DNA from: Haliotis cracherodii
Lineage: Eukaryota
Length of the DNA stretch: 64,000 nt
Assembly: GCF_022045235.1 (NCBI RefSeq)
Contig: NW_027266308.1
Span: 22,506,001 to 22,570,000, forward strand
Direction: 5' to 3'
The translations under genes were made by a program, and so were the position numbers. Position 1 is the stretch's first letter, and each line of letters starts with the position of its first letter. The notes beneath the pieces are model-generated. The model made no database searches, was not told the DNA's origin, and worked only from the letters and a program-made list of their open reading frames with translations. Positions 1 to 11,979 of the stretch are shown one piece after another.

Positions 1-1620
1 CTGAATAATGTGGAACATAAACTTGGACAATATGCTGATGATACAGAAATATTTCTAGATGGGACTGGTGAAAGTTTAAGTACAGCGAATGAAGGCCTAA
101 ATGATTTTTATAAAATGTCAGCATTAAAAATTAATATTGATATAACAAAAGCAATATGGATAGGCTCAATGACAGGCTGTGACATCAAATTATGTCAGGA
201 TCTTAAACTAGACTGGCACAGTGGGGACTTTGAAATATTGGGAATAAAGCTTAATTCGAACTTAAATAATCGTGGGTAATCAATACAAAGAGGAGAATTG
301 AAATCATTAATCAAATTTCAGGGAATTGAAGGAAAAGAAATTTAACATTGATAGGTAAATTTATTGTTGTCAAATTCTTGGCCCTGTCAACATTAGTGCA
401 TATATTTTCCTCTCTTCCAAACCCTCCAAGTGAATGTATTGATGAACTAAACAAAATATTGTACAGATTCATCTGGAATGATAAAAGGGACAAAATAAAA
501 CGAACAACTTTAATTAGAAAATATGACGAAGGCGGACTGAGAATGATAGAGGTAAGGTCTTTTATAATTTCTCTAAAAGTATCAGTTCTCAGAAAACATC
601 TCCAAAACAAAAACTATAATAACTCTGGCATCTTTCCACCCAAAAACATATTCCTACTTGGGGCCAATATTGAAAACTGTATACACTTAGCTAACCCTTA
701 CTGGAGTGATGTTTTGGCTGCTTGGGGAACACTGTATAGAAGACACAAAACTAACTCCACAAACATTGAAGAAGTGCTGCCAGAACCTCTTTGGTGTAAC
801 CATCAGTTTAAAAAAAACAATTTCATTATAAGAAATTGGTTTTTAAAGGGAATTTACACTATTCAAGATCTCTGTAATGAAGATGATATAATGCCCTTTA
901 ATGAATTTAAAAGAAAATACCAAAATAAAGGCACCAATATTGACTATTACCAAGTTCTATGAAGCATACCAAAATTCTGGAAAGATACTATTAGAAATAA
1001 TCACATTATCTTAAATAATCAACTTTGATGGACTTACTTGTATCGCCTCAAGGCTCCAGATATTTTTATAAGACTATAACTGGAGCAAATCTCCCAACAG
1101 TCTGTGAAGAATTCTCGACTTAGATATATCATGGAAGGGTGTTTTTATCAGATACAGAAAATGTACAAAAGATGTAAAATTACTTGATTTTCAATATGAA
1201 TTTATTTCTTGCATCATCTATACAAAGAAAAAAATGTTTAAAATGAAATTCTCGATCTGTGCTCATTTTGTGAAACTGATACTGAATCCTTACTTCATGT
1301 ATATTGGGATTGTAAGCATGTTAAAGAGTTTGGGGCTATAGTTGAATGTTTTCTGAATGCAAAATGTTCAAAACAATTTACATTTACAAAATGCTATGTT
1401 TTACTTGGGTACAACTCAAGTAACACATGACATTCTGTTAAATCACATCATACTGGCATGCAAAAAATATATACATGTACATGTATCAAGTATTAAAAAA
1501 AACAAATTGTCACTTGAAAAGTTTCTCAAGACTTTAATTGATATATTTCGGATAGAGAAATCAATTGCACACAAAAACAATACATTAAGACTGAATTCTG
1601 GTCAAACATATACTGCTTGC
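1..1620 (+). mobile_element. Degraded non-LTR retrotransposon (L1/Tx1 clade), ORF2 reverse transcriptase C-terminal part
   Basis: Frameshifted ORF pieces: QYADDTEIFL (RT YADD motif), TKAIWIG, FIWNDKRDKIKRTTLI..YDEGGLRM, and a CCHC-type zinc finger (CSFCETDTESLLHVYWDC, about 1258-1312). Several stops and frameshifts. Confidence 0.85.
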
Positions 1621-1636
1621 CCTTGATAATTACCCA

Positions 1637-1907
1637 ACCCGTGAAGATTCCGTGGTAGAATAGGTCTTCAGCAACCCATGCTTGCCGTAAAAGGTGACTA
1701 TCCTTGTCGTAAAAGGCGACCAACGGGACCGGGTGGTCAGGCTCGGTGACTTGGTTGATGCATGTCATCGATCCCAATTGCGTGGATCGATGCTCATGAT
1801 GTCAATCACTGGATTGTCTAGTCCAGACTCGATTATTTACAGACCGCCGTCATATAGCTGGAATATTGCTGAGTGCGGCGTTAACCAAACCAAACAACCA
1901 ACCAAAC
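1637..1907 (+). mobile_element. SINE-like family A (non-tRNA head), full-length copy
   Basis: Starts ACCCGTGAAGAT, ends GCTGGAATATTGCTGAGTGCGGCGTTAA plus an A/C-rich microsatellite tail. At least 10 related copies in the window. Confidence 0.9.
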
Positions 1908-1982
1908 ATATTAATATCAACACTGACGCTCAGTGAAAGTGACCGGCAAACTGCATTCTAAACCCCGCCACTTCTGAAAAAT

Positions 1983-4057
1983 ACGATTACCTTGATTCGT
2001 GGATATAAGGAAAGCTCACCCAAATTCGTGGTTTAAATGTCCGATTTTGTTTTGTATACTCACTGATCATTTAATTCATCTATTAAACTCTAAGAAAATG
2101 ACGGAGATTCCACTCGTGACTGAAAAGTTTGTTTACCGAAGCCATTTGAATTCATCAGCCATTCATGTGCACACAAAATGTAACGTCACCTTGATTCGTG
2201 GATTACGTAGTGGATTAGTGTATCGCTATGTACGAAAGCCCAGTACCGTTACTGTGTAATATTTGTTTATGAATTCGAATCTATACCTACAAGCATTTCT
2301 GTGTCGGCTGATAACAGTTGAAAAGCATAGTTATTCAACACTCAACTCCAAAACGAATCTTGTTAATAAAGTTATGAACACTAATTACAGGTAAGTTTGT
2401 GTCCTCTTTCAGTCCTACTCTTCCGATGGTTTGCATGGCAGACCATGGCAAGGGCAACAAAATGTGTCATGAGTCCGAAGCACGCGCACATGACAACAAT
2501 ACTGTAAGTGCACACAGTGGTTACAGTCATGATACATGCACTGCCCCCACTGTACGAAAAACAGTAAATGTGCATTGGGCCAGTTCAGCAGGCTGAAAGT
2601 GATGACACACGCAACATGTTTCATCATCGGATATTGGCGAATCCTCAGTCACTGCTGTATAATCTATTAATCGCACCGGATGGTCCCGCTGCTGGCTCGG
2701 TGGTACGTTTAGGTTTCTTCTGAGATGGTTTAGCTGATGTATGTGATTTTGCTGGTCATTTCTTGGTTGGTACAGGCTATTTAGAAGTTGAACTTTTTAA
2801 CATAGTTTTTAACTTGAATTTCGATCTCTGCATATTTCAGTAATGGCTTTGCCGCTAACGGTCCTGTGGATAGATCTGCGTGTTTGTTTTTGTTTCTTCT
2901 GAATGATGGGAAGCTGGTCAACAAAGAATTGGGTTTGGTCAAAGTTAGTGACGAGATTCACCTTCTCAACGTTAGGGTTGGAACGTGGGCTGTGTACATC
3001 GTCAATAGCTGGTACTTGCTGCGACTTGTCTTCATCGTGTGCTGCGTGGATAAAAGCAGCTGGTTGGAATGCAGATTTATCAGTCATATCTGGCGAAAAG
3101 GGATAGATTCCTCATTTTCTGAATGCCGACTGCAGGTGACCAGGCGTTAAATCAGCAGAATATGCCCTGCAGGCTACGGTGGCGGCAAGTTCATCAAAAT
3201 ACTTGTTGATGCATTCCTCTGAAATAGCTCTTGGACGATGTTCCGCGAGAGACTTGGCACTTCTAACTTTCAACTCCGGCCATCGCTCCAACAGACCATG
3301 CAACCACTTGACAGATAATGGATGGGCCAGGTCACGCTTTCCTAACTGACAAGCAAAGTTATACCCTAAGTGGATAACCTCTTCCCTGGTATATCCGTAT
3401 CCGATGGATGTCATGTATGTTACATGGTCAACAAGTCTAATTTCTTGCTCCGCATCAAAAATTGGAGTCGCACCTGACTTGACTGTGTCAACATCGATCT
3501 TGCCTTGCCTCTCAGTGTTTGCTCGGGTACAGAGAAGTTTAATGCCGCTTTATGAACTGCAACTTTATTGTTTTTTACTTCTAAGTAAGCATTAGTCAAA
3601 GCTGTAGGCGAATAACTTTAGTATCCCTATCGTGAAGGCGTCGGTGTACCCTATGAAAATGAACAAAAATACGAGATGACCCGAAAATGTTTCCATATAT
3701 TTTTAATTTTAACAGACGGCAGCACCTCAAGTAACGTGACTTATGGTTATTGACATCTAGACAAGCAGACGACGAGAGGTGTGAAGGGTGGTGCTTACGG
3801 TATATTTTTTATTTGATGTTTTGAAAATATGAAAATTGGTATTAGTGATCTAGGGCTATTTATCTCAGTGTTGGACATTTGGTTTTTCTGTACTTACGTG
3901 TAATGCAGCGATTCGGAACATCTTTGTCAGCAAGGCGTGGTAGTGTGTGTACATCAAAAGTACCGCTGTGTGCCGTTATACGAGACTTAATTTACAAGAT
4001 ATCACAATAATTACCGCGATCCACGAATCAAGGTTATCCACGAATTTAGGTAACGGT
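1983..4057 (-). mobile_element. pogo/Tigger-like DNA transposon relic with internal deletion of the DDE domain
   Basis: Imperfect terminal inverted repeats built from TTACC..ATTCGTGGATA motifs (about 1983-2030 and 4011-4057). Minus-strand HTH/CENP-B-type segment (YMTSIGYGYTREEV...WLHGLLERWPELKVR) and C-terminal PHD-like Cys/His finger (WGQC..C.H.VHLQYC...FCCPCH, ORF 2415-2627). Confidence 0.75.
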
Positions 4058-4339
4058 TCTGTAAATCATTTGACTATCTGCATGTACGGAAACATACCAA
4101 TAGCGGAGACTGCTTTTGAAAAAAGAACTTACCTCATCCGAATTCACAGATCAACTATCCAGTTCCAGTTGCTGCACAATCACTTGGTTGTAATATGTCC
4201 AGGGTAAACTTGATAGCTTGACTAAGATGGCTGGTGACATCAAATCTTCCGAGATAATGTGACGTCATTCTGACGTCACTTCACGAGGCAACAAGGCTTT
4301 ACTTTTCAGCAGTCGCTCTCACGCCGCAAAAAATGCGCG

Positions 4340-4967
4340 CCAATTGTTTTAAACTGTAATATTGGTTGTGACAACATTTAGAATACAGATTACTTCGTGA
4401 ATAGATATAGATCTGTATGTTTCAAAAAAATAAAACTAGGAGATGGTAGATCTACAAGTGGTTTCTCAAACATCATTTACAAAAACGTGTTGTAATGTCC
4501 AAATCACAAGGTTATCACAAAGTTAATTTGTTACGTTGTGGAATAACGTTACAATGTAACGTAATACTAACGTTGGCATAGAGAGACGCAATTACGTTCT
4601 GAAAATTTTAGTATTAATAATGAATATAAGAGATGGAAATTCAAATGCCGAACATATAGAAAGATAATGCATTACTGCCTTGGTATTCTGACAAATTCAG
4701 GTTGATTTTGATAATGCAGTTCTATTCCTTTATGACTATCAAGAAGCAAACAATAACGTTTCACCGACGTTTCAGAAACGTAGTTACAAAACGTCATGTG
4801 ATGTCCGATGCACAACGTTTTTACAGGGTAAATGTGCAACGTTGTTATAACGTTGTGAAATAACGTTGCACGTTGACGTTAAAATAACGTTGTGACAACG
4901 TTATATCACGACGTTACCAATCCACAACCTTACCACAACGTTGTGACAACGTCGTGTGTTAGCTGGG
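4340..4967. mobile_element. Non-autonomous DNA transposon end rich in ACAACGTT subterminal repeats
   Basis: Many ACAACGTT/AACGTTGT palindromic motifs, ending in GTCGTGTGTTAGCTGGG. The other terminus was not found; boundaries approximate. Confidence 0.45.
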
Positions 4968-5242
4968 GTTATACTCCAGAGGATCCAGAAGATCAACAAG
5001 ATTGGTCCTTGAGACACCTCCTTCTGGGACTGCGCTCTTGGCAAGTATCATAAACTTGATGAACAGAAGACTATTTGAAAATTAAGTGAATTGCGCCAAA
5101 CAAAATATCAAAAACTTCATACACAGGGCTTGACATGACCAGCCGATTGATAGAACCAGGCCCATTCTACCACCCGTCCAGGTGAAGTCAGGGACAAAGT
5201 GGTATGTTGGTCAAAAGGAACACTGTTCCTGGCTCCAGTGCC

Positions 5243-5375
5243 CTCGTCACGCCGAAGACCCGGGTTCGATTCCCGACATGGGTACAATGTGTGAAGCCCA
5301 TTTCTGGTGTCCCCCGCCATGATATTGCTGGAACATTGCTAAAAGCGGCGTAAAACCGTACTCACTCACTCACTC
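5243..5375 (+). mobile_element. tRNA-derived SINE family B, 5'-truncated
   Basis: B box GGTTCGATTCC, shared 3' tail GATATTGCTGGAACATTGCTAAAAGCGGCGTAAAA, (CTCA)n end. Confidence 0.85.
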
Positions 5376-5439
5376 CTCGCGCAAACCCCCCTAAAACAAA
5401 AAAAAGGAAGATGAGTGTATAGATATACAAGAAATGTAC

Positions 5440-6300
5440 AAAAGAGAGACTAGTATATTAACATTAAAATTAAATTACCCAAATCTCTTTGTATGACATA
5501 AAAACATTTACACTGCCTTAAAGATATGTTGATTTTCAATAATGGACAAACATCCTTTTCCGTTTGACATCAAACGTAAATCTTATTTAACATTGTTGTT
5601 CACGGCGTTCTGTAAAATGTCCCGAATTATTATTAACATAGATTTTCTTTGGTGGACATACCATGGACACTCTAAAAAATAATTAAATGCGTTTTCACAT
5701 GGATTACCACTTTTAATATTGGATTACATTTTATCTCTATTTTGTATAAATCATAATTTAATCGAGTATGATAAATATTCAACTTTCTAACACCATAGGA
5801 AAAATATACATTTCTCTTTTGGTATGTATAACTTGAATTTGGATATAGATGTACAATTTCTACCTGCTGCAGGAATAGTGTTCCATAACCTTACAGTTGA
5901 TGGAATAAAAGAACATGTTGAGTGTTTTCATCAAGTATATGGAATCACAATATAGTCTGAATTTCTTAAATCATATGATAAATTTTAACCTACAGTGGTT
6001 GGTACAATGTCTTCAAGATACGTTTGGACAATATTACTTTGTATTTTGTAGAACAAACATAGCTTACGTTTCCTCGTTCGTTCTATTAACGTTTCCCATC
6101 CTGTTGCATAATACAGATGTTTGTGCCCAGTAACTATTCTGGCAGCTTCTAGTTGGAGATTTTCTAACTAAGTTGATAATTCCACATTATACCCATCCCA
6201 CGCTTCACAAGCATATTCGAAATGGGGTCTTATGAAAATTGTATATACTTTATTTCATTATTTCTGTTCAATATGAACTTTGAACATTCTTAACTTTACA
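5440..6300 (-). mobile_element. Degraded CR1-group LINE 3' fragment
   Basis: Minus-strand translation gives YTIFIRPHFEYACEAWDG (about 6195-6248) and SFIPSTVRLWN (about 5880-5912), typical of the CR1/L2 ORF2 C-terminus. Confidence 0.75.
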
Positions 6301-6964
6301 TTCATGAAAGTACATGGTAATAAGGTTTGATTCATCTTTTAATAAAAATTTAACCGCATCAGTTTTATCTTTGTCAGCAAATTTAGTGACATATTTTCTA
6401 TTAGATTTTTCTTTTTAAATAAATGTAAAAAATTGCAGTCAATTGATGTTTTTTCTGCCATGTTCACAGGTACTCTGAAGATACCCCTCTATCTGAAGTA
6501 CCAGTCTTGGAAACTTGGATGTCTGGGATGAAATTGAACGAAGTTTGCGACGTCTCTCAAATAATCCAACAAGGGTGCAGGAACTCTGTCTTATCGTTCC
6601 ACAAATATGGAACCTTTCAATTTACAAGATTGGTTCATTATAGTAACCGAAACAAGTTACCCTCACATGTTTTAGCACAAATATATTTCGCTGAAGATCA
6701 CAAGAGGTAGTTTGAGTATCCATAATCTGTGCCATTTAACATATCCACACAGCGACAGTGTTCACAACTAGATCCTGGATCACACTGTCACAATGCAACT
6801 GATTATCTCAACATTGTCACATGTCCACGTGTAACACATACCAAGTTAATCAGCGTCACTATATGCACTACGCATTTATCGCGGCGTTAGGCTACACACC
6901 ATCTGCTTAGAACACATGAACCAAGATTCGTCCCAATCTCCTGGTTGCATGATACTGGACGAAC

Positions 6965-9900
6965 ATGGAATCTGCACCGCTACTTGAAGGCAGGGATATA
7001 GACAAGTCTAAAGTGGGAAATCTACTCAAGGCTAACGTTGCGTTTCTTGTTTTCCAAGTGGCTGTCAATATCCGCAATCCACTGGTAACACAATATCTAT
7101 ACAAGAGGTACTCTGACGAGGAGTTCAATAACAGCACAGGGCATGTCAACTCTCCTAACCAAACATCCCAGTGTTACGTCAATGAATCGGATCCAGGATA
7201 TATGCTACAGGAAAAGGTTCAAGAAAATACTTCGAACTGTCAAACGATACTGACGGTTATCGGAAGCTCCGGAGCAGTAATCAGCTGCATGTTCCTCGGG
7301 GCATATTCTGATTTTCTTGGTCGACGGGTCCTTTTCATAGTACCTTTAGCTGGAGTGGTTGTGAAGTTTTGGTTGACGACAGTTGTTATTTACTGGAATC
7401 TAGATGTGAGATACCTGTACATTGGTGAGGCACTTCAAGGTATTTCAGGGGGATACAATGGTGTGATTCTAGCTAGTTATGCCTACACAGCTGACAACAC
7501 ACCACCTAAGAACTCACGGACAGTATGGATCGCTGTGATAGATTTCACCACCTACCTGGCTGCCGCAGCTTCTCAGGTCATTACTGGATACTTCATCAAA
7601 AACCTAGGCTATCTCTACCCCTCTGTGACTACTGCCTTACTCATGCTTCTGTCTCTCGTCCTTGTCGTTGTTCTTCTCCCAGAAACTATCAACTCAGATA
7701 GAAGATCCCAATACCCAACTCCAGTGAAGGCGGTGAAAAATGTCTTTGGATTCTACTTTTCAAAAGATTTTGGACCAAAGAGAAGCCTTTTCTTGCTCTC
7801 ACTTGCATCATATTTTATATTATATTTCAGTCAGAGTGGTGTGTATTTTGTAGAATATCTTTTCCAACTAAACCTGCCTTTCTGTTGGGGCCCAGAGCTC
7901 ATCGGCTTTTTCAATATGGCATTGTCACTTACAAGACAATTTCTAGGGATTCCAGTCATCAAACTTCTCCATCTGTGCACCTCCGATCCAGGAATATGTA
8001 TCATAACATCTGTCATACAGGCGGGAGCCTATGTCCTACATGGCCTGGCCAACACTGACGTCATGCTCTTCTCTTGTAAGTCATCATCGCAGTAAATAAC
8101 ATAAGTTAATGGTAATACTTCTGACAAATGTGTGAGTTGATAAAAGGATATCTTGTCAATGATATAGCATTCAATATATTTTCAGAACAAAAGGTATATA
8201 TTGACATTAATTATACTTTGCTTTTGTTTAAAGAGTATTGTTTGTTGCAGTTGTTTTGCCCAATGCTATTGCAGGCCCGTTGTTTCCGGCACTGCGGGCT
8301 ATCATGTCGAGAATGGCCCCTGCTGAAATGCAGGGTGAGTATGCAGATAGTTGTAGATGGCCAAGCTCCACATCAAAAGATATCCATCTTCTGGCATTCA
8401 TTTGTGTTCTTTAAAAAGTGTGGTTATCAACGTTATAATATAACTGGTATAAACATAGCAAGAGAGGATCCCATGCTACCAACATTCAAATCATATGACA
8501 TAACAAAGACAGAGAGTGGGACGGCTTTAATGTTTTGAATGGCCTATTGTGATAATAAAGTGGGCAGTGCAATCACATTTTTCAAAATAACAACGAAGCC
8601 CTTTCCATGATCATTAGCGTTCATTTTATGATTATGTCTATATCATAAATCACCACTTAACTCAAATGATGTAAATACTAGTCAGTAGCTATCTTTATCA
8701 AACACATTTTCTACAACATTTCTAAGAGTTGTTAATTTAACAAATGTCCTGTTTGTCACGCATTTAAATATACTCAACAACAAAAGTTTCTGTGACACCA
8801 ATATTTTAGTGTATTTTTCAAACAAGTAAAGTTTAGTTGTCAATATTTTAGTACATGTATGGAATCAAGTCACAAAAACGCAACTGCTACAGAAAAGCTT
8901 GCATTCCATGCAAAAGCTGACTTTTATGCAAGCCCCATTCATTTCACTACCTAAGAATGGGTATGAAAACATGTGCGTTAACGGGATTCCATATGCATTG
9001 TTAAGCACCGTGCTGACAACAACCACTCAGAATAACAAAACAAATACGCAATTATTCAATTATAAATATTATTCAATGTCACAGGAACTTTTGTTGTTCA
9101 GTATAAAGCAACAAAGCCCTCTCCATAATCATTAGGGTCCATTGTACGAGTCCAAGTATATCATACACGTGTGTTTATCAATCAGTATTAAATAATGATG
9201 ATAACCTAGGGAGCACAGAACGGCGAGCGAATCCCTCGTAATACGCCACAAACACATTCCATTATTTGGGTCACTTATATGTTGGATACCTTTTTGAAAC
9301 CTGTTTTTTATTCCTTGTATACAAACCATGCATGTCCAGCAGTGTAATTTATTCGCATGGAAAGGAAGACATAAGATTTAACAATTAAGCTGATGAAACA
9401 CAAGGTATTTATTAAGGCGCAACTATGGTGGCCATATTGATCGTGATTCATAATGCAGCTTTGAATATCTATAACAGTAACCCTGCAATCTCAAACTGAA
9501 ACTGTACAATATATACAAGGGGATAACAATAATAATATACAAGATGCTGCAACTCTTTGTATAAAATTCGAGTAATCAAAATGCTTTCTATATTCATTTG
9601 TTTAATAATGTTCACCGATTATTTATAAAAAAAGAGACTGTAACAGCAACAACATTGAGGTGAAACATTTCGAAACGCTGATCTTATATTTGTTCCTTTA
9701 TTCTGCCTGCGATTGCCTTCAGGTACATGCAGTACATTGTTGACCATTGTTTTCAGGATCACTGTTTGCAGGTATTGTTCTGGTGAACATCATTTCAGAA
9801 GGTATAGGGATACCAGCTTTCAACGAGATGTATAATGCCACTGTGAGGATACTCCGTGGCTTCGCCTTTTTCGCCTGTGCGGGATGCCAAATGTTGTCTG

Positions 9901-10299
9901 CAGTTATCATAGTGTGAGTGCAAGTCTAGTTGTGGGTATGGAACTTTCTGTAGTCATCCCAAACATCTGATGGTCTCTATGTCTATTTTCAATATTTTCG
10001 TATATTTTCAGTTAAAAAGTGGGTGGTACCTATGTTGTATTGACGTTTTTAGTGGAAGTATATTTGGTACCAACAGTAGACAGAAGGGTATGGTTTTCAT
10101 CTCGCATACTGTATCAATCCATGTATCCATTGAGATTCATGCGAAAGGTTAGCGATCATATTTGCCTCATCGTGTAAAGGAAACAGCTATGATATTTAAC
10201 AACAAAATATTCATGTGTTACAGGGTGTTCCTGTGTACATCCCGCCGCGTCGTTGACACTGATACCTCCACTGGTGTTGGCATCAACGACAACGACTGA
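6965..10299 (+). CDS. SLC46-family (PCFT/SLC46A3-like) MFS transporter, paralogue 1; 4 coding exons, 475 aa to the first TGA
   Basis: Exons 6965-8075, 8251-8334, 9757-9913, 10224-10299; GT-AG introns, phases 1/1/2. MFS motif GAYSDFLGRR, RAIMSRMAPAEMQGSLFA, many hydrophobic helices, N-glycosylation-site-rich first loop. The frame stays open to a TAG at 10351-10353, the stop used by paralogue 2. Confidence 0.9.
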
Positions 10300-11979
10300 A
10301 AGCCAGGCTCCATCATCCCCCAGGACAAGCCCATCACCGAAACGATGATGTAGTGTCCTTGGAATGATGATGATACTGAGGCATTGCTATTCAAAAGACG
10401 CTGCATGTACTGCATAGGCCCCGTTAGTTCGGGAACCCCGCCTTTCGGGTCATAACTGTCGTTAACGTTGGGGTAAAGGGAATGTGTGGTGGTGGAGTGA
10501 GGTTCGTGATGTTGCAACCATAACTTCAAGTGTGCACACGCCGTGTGAAACTTGAAAAAGACAAAAATGACATGATCAATATTGACACAGGTAACTTACA
10601 GGTGGGATTTGTCTGAACTGCCGGGCAATCTGGTGTTCATGCGTTTGCACTAGATAAGATAAGAGGTATCTTATCTTTAACAGGAAGTACATAGTGTGAC
10701 ACCCAACATACAGTTATCTCAACTATACAGTAAACCAGTGATAGTATCACAAGTAGCGAGAACATCGCACCGCTTATCAGTCGCCACACAGCTGTGAAGT
10801 TACGCTATTCTTGGATGTGTTTCCATTTACTAAGAAATATCATTTTATAATCATTTCAGGTCTTATTCAGATGAAGGTTGGAATACAAAATTGAATAGGG
10901 AATAAATTGTTTTGAAGAAAAGTGAACGATGCTGATGACGGTCATATCCAAATATATTTTTAAAAGGAACCAGTTGAGAAATTTTTATGGAATTATTCCA
11001 TTGAAAATAACATTAGGTGCATGGAAATTAACAACACTAAAAGCACATTAAGATATTTTGCAAATTGGTAAGTAACAAGTATAAGAAACATGAGACGAAA
11101 AACGACACAATTTCTATTTCCTCGAGGCGCCATGACAGATAGTCTTGTGACGTCATCTACACAACGATCGAAACTTCAAACATCAACGTCCCGTGTTAGG
11201 AGCTCGAGTGAGTGAGTTGCCTCCCCTTCGCTTGAAACTTGTCTCCCTTGATTAGTATACCTTCAACCTCCTCACAGCTGTAGCTCGTTTGCTGCCAACT
11301 GTGACAGCTCCCTGCTGTGCTGGACTCCACATCATGGAGATAAACTCGCAGCCTGACCGTTTTGTTTACAAACAAGTTGTGACCTTCGTGACGCTTAATA
11401 ATTTTCCTTGCTAAATTGCTAAATTAGTTTGTCAATTTCATTTCAACTATCATATAATGGGTAAAGAAGAGTTGTAAGGGGGAAGTTGCAGTGCTTTTCC
11501 GTTTGTCTACAATCTCAAATCTGATCACAAAAACAACGTAAATTCATCTTGAAATAGTAACTCAGTAGTTGATGCACCCGATTATTCCATCTATTAGTAT
11601 GTTAAGGATGATTTCTTTGTGTTACTATACATGGACTTGACTCATGTTACATCAAGGTCAGCGTAGTTTTAATAATGCAAGTGGCATGAAAAATAAATAT
11701 ATACCTTGGAGATAAATATGATAACGTCTTTCATAGTGAAAACATTTTGTTGATTGTTCTATGGCCATTTCAGTCTTGTGGCTTCAAATTTCATCAGGAA
11801 CACTCATCTATCAAAGCATTATTACTACAGGCATGATAGGCATATCTTCAGAATTAGATCTTCAGCAAGAAGTTAAAAATACTTTACGGAAGCAAAAACA
11901 CCCATGAATCTTTAAGTGCCCAGTTAACATTTTGTCTATCATTTTCTGTAACTAATTCCACAATGCATTACATATGATA

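Noticed and set aside
10354-10700. SECIS element or selenoprotein reading of the SLC46 TGA
   Set aside because: No AUGA/GA quartet with proper helices was found by eye, and the aligned residue is Trp rather than Cys.
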